DNA of 64,000 nucleotides from Torpedo marmorata (taxonomy: Eukaryota), in assembly GCA_977017645.1 (NCBI GenBank), contig OZ360235.1, forward strand, positions 18,104,001 through 18,168,000, read 5' to 3'. Each line of letters begins with the position of its first letter. Position 1 is the stretch's first letter. The translations under genes and the position numbers were made by a program. Below the pieces are notes generated by a model. It had not been told where the DNA came from and did not search any database. It worked only from the letters and a program-made list of their open reading frames with translations. Of this stretch, positions 23,891 through 37,875 are shown one piece after another.

Positions 23891-24122
23891 AGTAAAACAC
23901 AAGCAGGTCCAACGGTGTACTTTATATAGCAAAGATAGATACGTAACCAACATTTCAGGCTTGAGCCCTTCATCAAGGTATGAGCAAAGTTTAGGCAGGC
24001 ACCCGCCTACATTTTGCTCATACCCTGATGAAGGGCTCAATCCCAAAATGTTGGTTAATAATCTTTGCTATATAAAGTACGCTATTTGACCTGCTGAGTT
24101 TCTCCAGCATTGTGTTTTTACT
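23891..24122. mobile_element. Fold-back element made of two inverted Penelope terminal repeats, each with a hammerhead-like core
   Basis: Arms of about 105-120 bp that are mutual reverse complements; CTGATGAAGGG..CCC on + (about 24025) and TTGATGAAGGGC..GCCTGAAA on -. Confidence 0.85.
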
Positions 24123-24800
24123 TGAAGTAGTTTGCTGTGAATCTGTTGATATTGTTTTGAGCCAGAATTTTGAATTGGATATATCAATGTTCCAAAAGGT
24201 AAGACTGTGTTTTTAAAGCATAGGGTCAGCAATATTTATGATATTGGGCCACCTCAGATCCAAGGCAATAAGTACAATTCTTTCAGCTGGATCTCTAAAC
24301 ATAACACCTTTGTACTACTAAGCTTTGGAATCCACTGAAATGGTTTTGTCCCTAAAATCCATTGACCATGTATTTACAGATGTTAGATTGGTAATGGATT
24401 TCACATGCAGGATGTCATCAAAGGCATCTGCTTAATATTTTGAAACCTAAGAATCAGTTTTTCTCGGCAGTGCATTTTGGCACCAAAAATGCTTTTGTCT
24501 TAAATATCCACTTTTCTAACTGGAGTAGAATGAATGGGAGAAACAATACTTTAGCAGTGATTTGTTGAATCTAGCGTTTCAATTCAAAATGGTAGATTGG
24601 TGCAGGTATGTCTCCCGGGTTGCTCAAATTAATTTACCCGTTTTCTTATGTGATGTATATGGTTTAAACTAATAAAATCCTTTGTTATATTTTATTTACA
24701 AATGTTTTGCTAATCCCTTCAATGTTGAGGCATTGGATCAAACAGACTGATTTCTCACTCCTCATACAATTGTTTACAGTGGATAAGAGCATTGTTAGAA

Positions 24801-24840
24801 AAGGTTTGGCAGGTACAGTCAGTTGTACCTGCCAAACCTT
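24801..24840. repeat. Perfect 17-bp inverted repeat with 6-nt spacer
   Basis: AAGGTTTGGCAGGTACA gtcagt TGTACCTGCCAAACCTT. Confidence 0.95.
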
Positions 24841-26640
24841 ATTTTGTTATTTTGTTTAAGTTGACTATGAACTGCATTGTTGTGTGCTGACTACACCTCT
24901 GTGATTAGGGTCTTAATGCTGGGAATATTGACCTGCTATTCCTGGCAATGGATTTTGCAGCCCTAGTTGGAACTCTTTAGTACGTTGTGGTGAGGCCATA
25001 AAGTAGGATAAAATGCGAGTTCCTACCTGAACAAGTAGTAATTGGGAAGAAAACATTAAAAAATGTCCTTTTATTGGAAATAGCAGCATACAGTTGGTTT
25101 GACAAGATTAATTTCATTAGATTCATTGCTACAATTAAAAACTGATGTATTTACCATGGCTGAGACTTATTTGGTTGTAGAAAGTAAAATGTTTATTACT
25201 TGAAATAGGAAGTGATTTCAGAATAAGCATGCTGATGACTAAAGTTGACCCAAATAAATGAGGCCTTAAACTCTGGTGGTGGGTTGCTTTTTAATGTGTA
25301 TAGAATTGAAAAGTAGTGAAGTTATACAAAACGTATGAAAACTGATTATACTTTACAATTCTGGACATAAAACAAGCCCTGTAGTGGGGAATTGATTTAC
25401 ATTAAGAAAGCATGAACTAAATTTTTTACTTTAGCGCAGTGTACAGCTGAAGCCTCTACGTAATTGGAAGGTTTTGAATAGTATAACCAAATGCTATCAA
25501 TCTGATCGTCACCAAGAAAGGAAATGCAGGAAAAAGTGTGTTAACAATGTGAAACTGTCGTGAGTGGCTGAAGTCTAAAGATCCAAAATACAGGTGCTGT
25601 AACAACAAAGATACTGATGCAATCGACTTACTGGTATAATTAATTAGGAAAGAATAGTTTTCCACAGGATTGAGCTCCAATGTGGAATGCAGCAAGTTTT
25701 TTCAGGTCCACATTATAAGTCATGTTACATTTTGTCTAATGCACCACTACACCTATGGAATTGCAATTAAATTGGGAAAGTGTTTTGATAGACAAACAAT
25801 AAACTATCAAGGGACATTCTATGGGGTCAATCTTTGTTCAGAGACAACATACAACAGTGAGCTGCTGGAAGAAATCAAGTCAGGCAGCAGCATTTCAGAT
25901 CAAGAACCCAGAACAGAGTGTAAAATAGCCACTATAAAGAGGTGTGGGGAAAGGCTGAGCAGGGGTTGGAGGGAGGGAAGAGTTGCAGATTATGGAATCT
26001 GACAAGGGAAAGTGATCAGGGCTGCCCTGGTGGGGCCTTTTGTCCCTTCCCACCTAGCATGCTCTCTCCGATTTAAACATTTTACATTTCTTGGCTCCTG
26101 CTGTCCCATCGTGGACATCCATCCAGTCCTTGTACCTCAATTCGACTGGGTCTCCTATTCTCTCATGTTCCACAATCTGCAGCCCATTGTCTCAAGCTGG
26201 TTCTTTCCTCTCACCTCTAGTGTACATTAAGTCCTGATGCAGGGGCTTGACCCTCAACAATCCCTTTGCTTCCACAGATGCTACCTGGCCCTCCAGACAC
26301 TGTTTAAAATCCTGATTCCAAACAGCAATAGCTGGTTAGATGTGCAATCACTTTGGGGCCTGTAACAAGGCCAAAAGGAATGTATAGCCTGATCCCAAGT
26401 TATGCCACTTGTCAATAACCAAATGATCATTTTACTTTATCTCAGTTAAAATTTTCCAAAGCAGGGTGAACCTAGTCTTAATTAATGCATGTCCTTTTTA
26501 ATCCAATTAACTCTTGGACAGCCTCCAGTGCTCCTTAAAATAAGTCAGACAGTAGCTATGTTTTTGAAATCTTGTTTTATACTTTCTAAAATTATTGTAT
26601 TGAAATAAATGAGTTAAACAAAAATGAAAGTGTCCAGTCT

Positions 26641-26646
26641 TTTATT
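26641..26646 (-). terminator. Candidate ARID2 polyadenylation signal
   Basis: AATAAA on the minus strand followed by a U-rich tract, about 1.25 kb after the stop codon. Confidence 0.6.
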
Positions 26647-27893
26647 TAAAACTATAAACAGTCAGTAATTAAAGTTATCTAATGTAAAACTGTATGCCTT
26701 TACTGCACATTCTACAGACACAGCAGGAAATGGGAGCGTGTTCCCTCATTTGGATGCTGATACATGAGGCAGTTATGAAAATCACATGACATAACCATGA
26801 ACAGGTTCTGAACTGGAATGTGACATGGTACAATATTGAAGGGAGAACAAACACACTGTACTATAATTGGATTATTTTTTGAGGAAAAGAGGAAATCATT
26901 GTGAATAGTCCAGAAAATACCATGCCTGCACCCAAGGTAAATATAATACATGGAGAAAAACCTGTATAAAATTACTTGTATTTAAACCAATTTACAAATA
27001 CAAAAAATCCTGTACAAGCACCAAGCTTGTACAAAGTGATATCTTTCAGTGGGTCCAAGTTAGGGTAAACCAAAAATACCTTCAATAGTTTTTTTTTTCT
27101 ACAAAATGACATGAGATATATTATTCCATACTCTTTCAACCAGCAAATGAGTTCTACAAGGTGTATAATACAAAAAAATCAGTTCCACAAAACTGCTTTT
27201 AACTTTACAGCATTGGTACCATTACAGAATTATTTACAAAGAATTAAAGAACATTCATCCACTGCAGACAATATATCACATTTACTTACAATTGGCAGGA
27301 AACACACAAAAAGTCCTACATCCTAACAATAATGCTATTATGACACCAGGTTGTGTTTCCAGTGATTGCAGTGGCATGAAAGTTGGTTAATTGTATTCAC
27401 AAATATTTACAATTGATCATATGATAATAAATAAGTGAAAATATATTGGCTCAAGTATGAAAAAACAAGCTACTGATTTCTAAAGAAAGCACATCACTAG
27501 AAATAAACTGCAACCTCTCGGATGACAGATACATCCAGTGTGTCATTTTCTGTTCTATTAAACCCAGCTTAGTCACTAATTTTGAAATATAAAAAATGTG
27601 CTCATAGGGGGTGCAGGGTAAAAATATTTAATGCTATTATTCTGTGTATCCTTCAGAATTTACTATTTCTAACTTTAAAAAAGTAGTGGTGGTTTCTGAT
27701 CACACAGTTGCTACTCCGATTAAATAAATGTTTGTCAACGCTCGACTCCACTGGTGATTAGAATGTTAAGCTTCTGTGCATCATGGAAAAAAGATGTTTT
27801 AAAAAAAACTCCACAATGGTCATTTCTCATTAAGACTTCTTGCTCGCTTCAGAACCCTGTAAATGATATTTCAGAATACATATTTTCACCCTT

Positions 27894-28049
<156 letters not shown>

Positions 28050-28834
28050 TCATCATGTTTTAAAATGTTCCTATTTGGGCGAGGCTTATTCAAATATATC
28101 CCGATGGTGTTGTGCTCACCAGAAAGTGCATAATCATGCCGGCCAGAAACCATCAATTAAGCAACCAATCTATGATGTTCTCAAAAAAGCTTTGTAATTT
28201 ATTAAACATTTATCAATTCTCATCACAATCAATACTCATTTATCCAGGGGAATAAATCCATGGATATTGTAAAATGTTGAAGTTTCAACCATATGCAGAA
28301 CATCTTGTTGTTTATTAAAATACTTAAGTCATGTTTATGATGAAAGTTACTACATCCAGCTTCTCAAGCACTCTGATTCTTTTCTATGGTCAAAGCCAGG
28401 TACAGGGCTCTGGATAAATATTTACAACATGATATGACACTATAGGATGTGGTATTGCAATGTAGATGTTTAAATAAGCAAGGAACCATCTTCTGCCATG
28501 TTTTCATTGAAATATTGTTTAGAAATTACTCATTAGCATTTCTATCTTCTCCATACACAAAATTAAAGGAAAATATGGCCCCTTCAAGGTCATTGGTGTG
28601 TGAGATCCTAAAGTATTTTTAATCTGTATTTACTATGGCGTAAGATAGGAGGCTTAGGAACTCTGAAGTAAATAGTGATGTCTTGAACAGAGTTAAACAA
28701 GAAAATCTGTAGTTGCTGGGGTCAAGTGCAATACACAAATGTGCAGCATCGATAGGAAGAAAAGGTAACCAACATTTCATGCCTGAGCCCTTTATCAGAA
28801 ATTTTAAAAAACAGGTGCATGCCTGAATATAAAG

Positions 28835-30258
28835 AGAGGGCAAGTCCACGTTAGAAGAGTAGGTGCTGGAAATCTTAAAATGTATAAAGCTGGATAAATC
28901 CCTGGGGCGTGATCAAGTGCAGCCCAGGAGATTTTGAGAAGCTGGGGAAGAAGTTGTAGGAGCCCTGGTAATGGTATTTACATCATTGTTAAGCGCAGGT
29001 TGAGGTGCTGGAAGACTGGAAATTTGCTTATGTGCCTTTATTTTAACAAGGCTGTGAACTACAGGCCAGTGAGTTTTAAATTAATTGTGGGCATTACCAA
29101 ACCTGTGAGAGATGGGATCTACCTGCATTTGGAAAGGCAAGAACTGTTTAAGAATGGCATGGCTTTGTGCATGGGATTGTCTCACAAATTTGAGTTTCTT
29201 TTGAAGAGGTGATAAGACAATTGATGAAGGCAAGGCTGTAGACGTCTTCATGGACTTCAGCAAGATCTTTGACAAGATCATGCATGGTTGGACGATTAGA
29301 CCACATGGGATCCAGGGTGAGCTGACCCATTAGATACAGAATTAGCTTGATGGTGGGAGACAAAGGGTGGTCGTGAAGGATTGTTACTTAGATTGGAGGC
29401 CTGTGACCAGTGGTGTGCCACAGAGATTGGTGCTGGGTCCACTGTTGTTAGTTGACTGGGATGTCAATGAAGTTAGCTGATTACACCAAAATTGCTGAAA
29501 AAGTGGACAGTGAAGAAAGTCATCTAAATGAACTGGGAATGTGGATCAAGGAATGGCAGATGGAATTGAACTCGGACATGAGAGGTGTTACACTTTCTCA
29601 AGTTAAACCTGGATAGGACTTATAGAGAATAGTAGGGCCCTGAAGAAGTTTTGAAGAACAAAGAGACTAGGGGGGGGTGCAGTTCCATAAAAAATGGACA
29701 GGGTGGTGAAGGTGTTTGGCATGTTTACCTTTATTGGTCAGGACAGGAACAGGGAAGTCAAAACATTGGTGAGACTGCATTTGGATTATTTTGCACAGAT
29801 TTGATCACCCAGCTATCGGAAAGAGATAATTAAGACGGAACAAGTGCAGAATAAATTCATGAGAAGATTACCAGGGCTGATGGGCTTGAATTGCAAGGAG
29901 AGAGTGGGACTTTTCTCCCTGGAGCATTGGAGGCTAAAGGGGGGACATGAAACATCATGAGGGGCACAGATAAGGTAAACAGTAAAAGCTTCTATGCAGG
30001 GTAGGGGAATCTAAAACTAAGGGTCATAGATTTAAGGTGAGAAGGAAAAGATCTAAAAGGGACCTGCAGGGTCACAGAGGGTGGTAGGTATATGGAACAA
30101 GCTGCCAAAGAAAGTGGTAGAAAAGGATACAATTGTCATGTTCAAAAGACATTTCGACAGGTACATGGTTAGGAAAGGTTTAGGAGGGATGTAGGAAAAT
30201 GGGACTAGCTTGGTCAGCATGCACAAGATGAGCCAAAGGGCCTGTTTCTGTGCTGTCA
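28835..30258 (+). mobile_element. Degraded CR1 ORF2 and 3' end, preceded by a Penelope tail (about 28690-28830, - strand)
   Basis: NYRPVS motif, ggacttcagcaagatctttgacaag, agtggtgtgccacag and a CR1 tail. Confidence 0.8.
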
Positions 30259-30812
30259 AATTCAGACTGAAATTACTTTGTACCTGCACCACATTAACAG
30301 GAAGCCTGAAAAAGTGAACAATGAGAATGAAAAGTACTGCCTCAATTTGTAATGGCCTCCTTTAAATCAATGTGAAAAGATCAAATATCACAATATCAAA
30401 CATAGAACGTATTATAAACTGCCAGCAATATGTCCTACTTGGTCTCCATCCAAATATACATTCATTGTTCTTTACAAATTCTCCGCAGTTACATCATCTT
30501 TATTTGGAAATTCATTCAGAAATGTATCTGAATATTCCAGGACAGTACAAGCTCCAGCCTCTTTTTTTAAACCAAGGTTTTTCACTTGAAAATATCCTCT
30601 CCAGACTTGCAGATCGATTGACTATTTTCAGATTTTATTCTACTTTTGCTCAGCAGCACATTTTGCTTTGATGTGAACAGCGCAATACAAATCCAAGAAT
30701 TGTAACTTTTTACAAGTTTGAGGCCAAATAATTGGACTTGACAGCCTGATGAAAGTGCTCACCTTGACCTTAACTATAATAGAATTTCATACAAGCAAAA
30801 AAAAATTCTTAC

Positions 30813-30904
30813 CTGCGACCGTATTCTGAATACTTAGCAACATTTTTTAAGATTAAGGCAGCTGTTAGCCGGATGTGTTTTGTAATTGGGCCTTCTTTTT
30901 CATC
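30813..30904 (-). CDS. ARID2: ARID2 exon
   Basis: [30 protein letters not shown](R); 92 nt; ag/gt boundaries. Confidence 0.95.
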
Positions 30905-30944
30905 CTGGAAGCGAGAATTGAGAAAGTAAACTTGGTTTTGGCTT

Positions 30945-32235
30945 GCCTGTAGAAAGCAGAGAGTAGTAGTGGACAGGAAGTATTCTGCGTGGAGTTCCGC
31001 AGGGATCTGTTCTGGGACCCTTGCTCTTTGTGATTTTTATAAATGATCTAGATGAAGTGGAAGGATGGGTCAGTAAGTTTGCAGATGATACGAAGGTTGG
31101 TTGGATGGTGTTGAGGGTTGTCATAGGTTACAAAAGGATATAGACAGAATGCAGAGTTGGGCGGAGAAGTGGCAGATGATGTTCAATCTGGGTAAGTGTG
31201 AGGTTATGCATTTTGGAAGGTCAAACCTGAAGGCTGAGTACAAGGTTAATAGGCTGATGCTTAACGGTGTGCAAGAACAGAGGGACCTTGGAGTCCAAAT
31301 TCATACATCTCGAGGTTGCCACGCAGGTTAATAGGATAATGAAGAAGGCCAATGGGATGCTGGGCTTCACAAGTCGGTGGATTTTTAGTTCAAGAGTCGA
31401 GCGGTCATGTTACAACTCTACAAATCTCTGGTGAGATCACACTTGGAATATTGTGTTCCATTCTGGTCACCTCATTATAGGAAGGATGTTGAAGCTATGG
31501 AGAGGAGATTTACCAGGATGTTGCCTGGATTGAAAAATAAGTCTTATGAGGCAAGGTGAGCAGAGCGAAGAGGATGAGAGGTGACTTAATAGAGGTCAAC
31601 AAGCAGTCATCAAAGACCCGCACCACCAGGTTCAGGAACAGCTGCTACCCCTCCACCATCAGACTCTTCAACGACAAACTCAATCAGAGACTCATTTAAG
31701 GACTCTTACTTGTGCACTTTATTGATTTTTTTTCTTTTGTTCTCTCTATTGCACAGTTTGTTTACAGTTCTTTTGTTTGTTTACATGTTCACGCCGTGTA
31801 GAGTTTATTTTTTGCACTACCAATTAGTGGTAATCCTGCCGCGCCCACAGGAAAAAAGAATCTCAGGGTTGTATGTACTCTGACAATAAATCTGAAATAA
31901 CTAAATTCTGAGAGGCATAAGGTTGACAACCAGCGTTTTTTTCCCAGGGCAGGAATAGTAAACACCAGAGGACATGCACAAAGTGAAGGGAGGGAAGTTT
32001 AGGGGAGACATTAGGGGTGTGTTTTTTTTTTTAAAAACAGAGTTGTGGGTGCCTGGAATGCCTTGCCAGGGATGGTGGTGGGGGCTGAAACATTTGAGGA
32101 GTTTCTTAGACAGGCACATGGATGAAAGGAAAATAGAGGGTTATGAAATAATAAGGGTTTACTTCTTTTTGGCAGGAATATATTGGTCGGCACAACATCG
32201 AGGGCAGTGTACTGTGCTGTAGTGTTCTATGTTCT
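30945..32235 (+). mobile_element. CR1 3' fragment interrupted by a Rex1/Babar 3' tail (about 31604-31897)
   Basis: [20 protein letters not shown] and KFADDTKVG; insert has caccaccaggttcaggaacagc..ctgacaataaatctgaa. Confidence 0.85.
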
Positions 32236-32311
32236 GTAAAATATGATGGCTTGGAGGATGCCAATTTTGTTCATCACTTAAATAAAACTTGACCCAATTT
32301 ATTTTACTCAC

Positions 32312-32432
32312 CATATAGTCTCGAAATGCAAGGTTCCTTGATCCTCTCCTCAATGCCACTAGAGCTGCACTGGGATGATTCACAATAGTTTTCTGTGCTT
32401 TCGGAGTGGAAGCAGCCCCAGCAGGTGTCTGT
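32312..32432 (-). CDS. ARID2: ARID2 exon
   Basis: [40 protein letters not shown]; phase 2-0. Confidence 0.94.
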
Positions 32433-33111
32433 CTACACAAATAATGAAAGATTAGGTAAATTCAATTGGTGTAAAAATTTGCATTCCCTCCCACATTTAT
32501 GTATCTTGTGAACATAACAATAAAGGAACCTTAAAAATATAGAATACATAATATGCTTGTGGAAAACCTAAGAACATTTCTCCTTAAAAACATGACAAGC
32601 ACAACTTGCATTTATGTAGCATCTTTAGCCGATACGCATCTCAAAGCTTTTCCACAGTGGTGTAAAAAAAAAAACACCATTAGATATAAGGAGTGACCAA
32701 ATTCTTGAATTAGGAAGAGCCTACAGGAGCAAAGAGAAGAGCGCAAGGGCTTAGGAAAGGAGTTTTAGAGCAATTGACTACACAACAGTTAATGAAGCCC
32801 AGTTACAGTGCATGGTAGGCAGGAAAGAAAGCCCAGTATTCAATTTAGTGAATTGGGTAACGTACACAAGAGAGAAAAGAAACAAAATGGTTCCAGGACT
32901 AGGATAGATAGGCCGGAGGGGGATTTTTGGCTTGGGAGGCGGGCGATGGTGGGGAAGCAGCAGTACAAGATGAACACACAGCTCTTAAGCCACTCATCCA
33001 CAATCAGAATAACTTCAATACATTGCTAAACATCCCAATCTGATTTTGGTACAAATGCATTGTAGAAAACAAACTATATTTCCTAATATTTAAATATTAG
33101 TGCCTCCTTAC

Positions 33112-33197
33112 TTGTTAGGAGGGTGGTTTCCATTGTGTGATTGCTCTTCAAGCTTCTTCAATCCTGTGAGGAGTGCTTCTTTTGTGCAATGTTTATC
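33112..33197 (-). CDS. ARID2: ARID2 exon (end of second zinc finger)
   Basis: DKHCTKEALLTGLKKLEEQ..; 86 nt; phase 0-2. Confidence 0.93.
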
Positions 33198-33280
33198 CTA
33201 TATATAAAATTGGACCATGTCAGAGTTTTATATCCAAAACAAGAAAAGCCAACACTTCATAAACCTCTGGCATTACCTAC

Positions 33281-33419
33281 CTGTAAGTGAGTAATGAAGG
33301 AAAATCTTTGCCGTGGAAATTGTTCACAGGCTTCCCACATACATGCCCCAGGATACACATCTTTCCCTCCATGCTCAGTTGCTGCATGGTAGTACACCTG
33401 GGATGGAGAATCAAACCAT
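33281..33419 (-). CDS. ARID2: ARID2 C2H2 zinc-finger exon
   Basis: [46 protein letters not shown]; phase 2-0. Confidence 0.96.
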
Positions 33420-34035
33420 CTAAAATTGTAAAAAAAAAATATTTAGTTCCCCAAACTCAATCACTGCATTTATTTGCATCCTGCTACAATTTATTTCAGT
33501 TAGAGCTCTCAGTATTTAGCAGAAGACTGAGAACTGATCATGTCTCAGCAAAGTTCTTCCAAAAGACTCTCTCAAAGCATTTTATAATTCTATTATTTTT
33601 ATATCTATTCCCTGGATTTACTCTGTTTATAATTTTAGGTAAATATTAGGGTGCAATATTTTATTGAATCAAAAAAGCATGAAAGGTTCTGATAAAATTA
33701 CAAGGACAGATCATTGAAAATACATACTAATAAAGCACGCACAAGAATACAAGTGTCAAAACATCACCACAAGTTACTAATTCAGAGAAAAGGCATCTAT
33801 AGATTATAACCTTGGATACAACATAAATGCTAGAGTTTCTTCCCTAGGCAGTTCTAGCTCAAAATACTACAATAGCTTCTCTTCCCAGTCCCTTTGAAAT
33901 TTCCTTAGGACTCACCACAGGTTTCATTTGCATGACACAGTTCAAAGTTCCACATGCTTTTGATAATTCCAAACTCCATCTCACTATCTCTTAATCTCAT
34001 GGCACTTCTTATCCGATGTCCAGTCCTGGATAAGC

Positions 34036-34075
<40 letters not shown>

Positions 34076-35143
34076 TTCAGAAGTCCAGTCCATTCTCTTC
34101 CATGATCACTTTCAGATGTTGAACTACAGCATTCATTACCTATCCTATTTGGGCCAGAGTCCAGCTTCCATCCACAATCATTTAGACCACCCATTTAACA
34201 TCTTCTGCAGCATTACTAATCTTTGCCCTAGCCTTTTTGCTGAAGAAACACTCAAACGTGCCTTTGTGTAGTCCATTACAGGAAAACAAACCCACCCATT
34301 CTTCACTTTCCATGCTCTATAAATTTAAACACGAATCAAAAATATGCTGCCTATACACAAACAACACCTGTGGACTTAAACCCACACTGATACCTCACTA
34401 ACCCTACATTAGCATCCCAATCTGGCTATGCTTTTATTCTAATATTCTTATCCTTGTTTACAAATGATACCATGAGTTACTTCTCTCTACCTCTCCGATC
34501 TGTACACTCTTCTAATTGTGATCTCTTCTTGGTCTTCAATTTTGGCAATCTAATACTACTGAGACATGCCTTCAGTTGTCAAAGAAGTTACACAAATGCA
34601 GGTTAACTTAATCCTTTCTGAAATATATTTTCAATGCCCAAAACATAATGGCCTAAAATTTCCTTGATGCTCATTGAATGCGACTTTCCAGGCAATACCT
34701 AGTCAGCCAAGTTGTGTTTTGCAAAATTCTATAGTGCTTGAAGCACAGCTAAAAACAGCTACGATTCTGGTTTATAGGGAAAAGAGACCTTGGCTGAAGG
34801 AAACAGAGCACAAGGAGATTATCAGGCACAGGTAGCAACAGTTACTGAGCTGGGGCACAAGGATCAGGCTGGTTGGATGAAGAGTGAGATGCAGGGTTAT
34901 AAATGAGAAATTACATGAGGTGATCCGATGTCTTACAATACCACTTTAGCATTATGCGGTCAGTCAGATTACTCAGAAGTGAGCAAATTGCTGCAGATTA
35001 CTGAGCTAGAAAACCTAGCCTTCTCATGTGCATCTAACAAGTGGCTCAGAAGTTTCCATAAACAGAAAACACGAGAGCAACACTGCTTGATAATCTGTCT
35101 TAAAAGATGCTCATTATTAAAGTATCAAAAAAAGGTGCATCAC

Positions 35144-35298
35144 CTCCTGCATGCTTTCCACAAGCACATGAAATTCTGTCCTGGTTTTCTTGTCAGCTCT
35201 CCATTTTGTTGCTGGGATGGAAGTTGAGGCTGAAGGGACTGGGGACTGTTTTGCTGAATTGTTGCTGGTGGTGTTGATGAGACTGCCAAAGGAGAAGA
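35144..35298 (-). CDS. ARID2: ARID2 exon (start of first zinc finger)
   Basis: SSPLAVSSTPP..RKPGQNFMCLWKACR(R); phase 0-2. Confidence 0.9.
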
Positions 35299-35649
35299 CT
35301 AAAGGAAGATTCAGAATTTGTAAATCAATATGGATATTGTATGCACATTATACTACTTCTGAAATATACAGTTAGAGTTCAATTAAGATTGAGCAATACA
35401 TTCTAAAACAGCCTAACCAAAGATCATTTGTGCATCGTAATGATATGAGGCTGGGTAGAATTCTTTGTACTACACTCAGCTTAGACATTCACTTGCACAT
35501 TCTTACCCATAATGTCCCCTGAAAGTGATCAAGTAACTTTTATCATTAACTTGAAGGTCACTAATACCAAGAAAAAAAAGATGGAGGGGATATATTTTAT
35601 TCTTTACTAATCTTCCATACCAGCTGTAAAAGAGTTAAAATAAGGAATG

Positions 35650-36418
35650 AGACACAGAAATCCGCAGATACTGTGATTGTAGTAAAAACCACAGGAAATG
35701 GTGAAGGAACTCAGCTAGTATCGTAGTGTCTATAGGAGGTAAAGATATATTACTGACATTTCAGGCCTGAGCCCTTCAAGGTATAAGCAAAAAGCAGGCA
35801 TGTGTCAGAATAAAGACTGGGCAAGAGAATGAGGGGGAGGAGTCTACACCAACAAACAAAAGGTGTTGATTGGATATGATAAAAGGAGAGATGAGAATTG
35901 ATTTTGGCTCTGTGAAAGGAGACTGAGGGAAAAGGGAAGAGTGAGAGAAACAGAACTTGAAGAAAGGAGACAGGGGGACGAAGATGAGGAGCGGGGGTTT
36001 TTAATGGAAACCGGTGAAGTAGATGTTAATGCCATCCAGTTGGAGGGTGCACAGACAGAAGATGAGATGTTGTTCCTCCAATTTGCAGGTGGTCTCAGTC
36101 TGGCAGTGCATGAGACCATGGACAGATATATCAGCAAGGGAATGGGATGGGGAATTGAAATGGATGGCCACTGGGAGATCACGCTATAGCGTCGGACAGA
36201 GGAGAGGTGCTCAACGAAGCCATCTCCCGGTCTAATGTAGAGGAGACCACAATGGGAGCAACGGAAAGGGTGCCCAGATGGAAAATGAGTTGTTCATCCA
36301 ATTTGCGGTGGTCTCAGTCTGTCAGTGCACAAGACCATGGACAGACATGTCAGCAAGGGAATGGGACGGGGAATTGAAATGGGTGGCCACTGGGAGATCC
36401 ACACTATTTCAGCAGACA
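35650..36418 (-). mobile_element. Penelope-like fragment with a duplicated GIY-YIG segment
   Basis: Similar to 9660-10250; block ccaatttgc..cactgggagatc occurs twice (about 36078-36180 and 36298-36400). Confidence 0.8.
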
Positions 36419-37169
36419 AAAGAATTTAATACCATTTCACTAAAACTAATTACCTCAACAGTAAGGATTTTCAAAGCTGTTATGTTTGAATAAAGCACTA
36501 TATAATGAAACTAGACTCAGCGAGGTTACATTTACTCTAAATATTTCATAAATAAATTTCATAAAATATTGTGGAGATGAATCCAGTAAACAATGTCAAA
36601 AGTCAACCATTAAATATAGCACTTGATTTAAATTTGTACCAAATGAAACATTCCATTTCAAATGTGATGAAATACAGTTAAACTGCAAAATGTATAGGTC
36701 ACTCCCACTGATGCAGCAACGTATTCTACGGATCAACACACCCCAGTAAATACTGAGCTAGTTGGAATCAGCAATGATCATGGAAGGGATGTTAAATTGG
36801 TTTCTACACTACTCAATCAGAGAGGCAAAGGCTGACCAGATAGCTCATTCCTTACAATTCTTCAGAAATTCCCGTTGCAGGTATAACAATAGATGCTGAT
36901 ATTGATGTTACAAAAGAATCTGTTGGCCTATTATTGATAATGGTGTTCAAGGAATCCACTGCAGGAACCTTTGACATAGCTGGGTCATATTGGACGAACT
37001 TAGCCGAACAAATAGTTATTCCTATATCCAGCCTATCAAATTTTAAATCCTCAGATGGTTCTCACCGACACACCAATTTTTTTAAAACTATTGACTGCAC
37101 TCAAATTTAGACTCTCCTCATAATTTGGCCCTCAATTCCTGCAAACTTATAGTAGAGCTCTTCCTACAT

Positions 37170-37875
37170 GCCTTTATGTGGTACCCGAAACTTAGTGTTA
37201 TAGCACGGACTGTCCAAGATTCTATACAAGAAATGCAGCTGACTCGCTTTGTATTCCAGCCTCTGATAAATAGGAAAATATTCAATTATCTTTTTGATTG
37301 CTGACTTTTGGCTGTTCATACACTTTCCAAATTCCCTTTGCTTTTCCACAATTCCAATTTTATACAATTGCACCAAAGAAATATTCCAATTCGGCTCTCT
37401 TGGATCCAGTTGAATAACTGTATCCTTCTCCACATCGAATCTACCAGTTTAGCTCATTCGTTTACTCTGCACTAACCAGTGACATCTTTCAATAAAAGTC
37501 GGTGCTTCGCTTAATAAGTAATACAAATGTAAAAGTTCAACTCTCTCGTTCTGCATTCCATCATTAATATCTCTAACCACTTTTTTTTATTGTTAAAGAA
37601 ATTCCTGCTCTGACCCCATTCTTCGAACCAAATGCCAAACCACGTTCCCAAATTCCACCAAATCTAATTTTTTGCTGAATTATCTATTGTGCAGAACTTT
37701 ATTAATCAAATGTCTTTGGGATATCCATAGATACCGGTACATCTCTGTCCATCATGCTACTGACCTCAAAAATTCATCTAAATTTCCTACCTTTCACAAA
37801 TCCATGCAAATCTTTGATCAGCTCAGACTCGTTCAAGTGCTCAGTCACTCTGTCCCTGGTGATAGATTCCAGTAA
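37170..37875 (-). mobile_element. Old CR1-like RT remnant
   Basis: Degraded antisense RT motifs (ttaatcaaatgtctttgggatatccatag). Confidence 0.5.
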
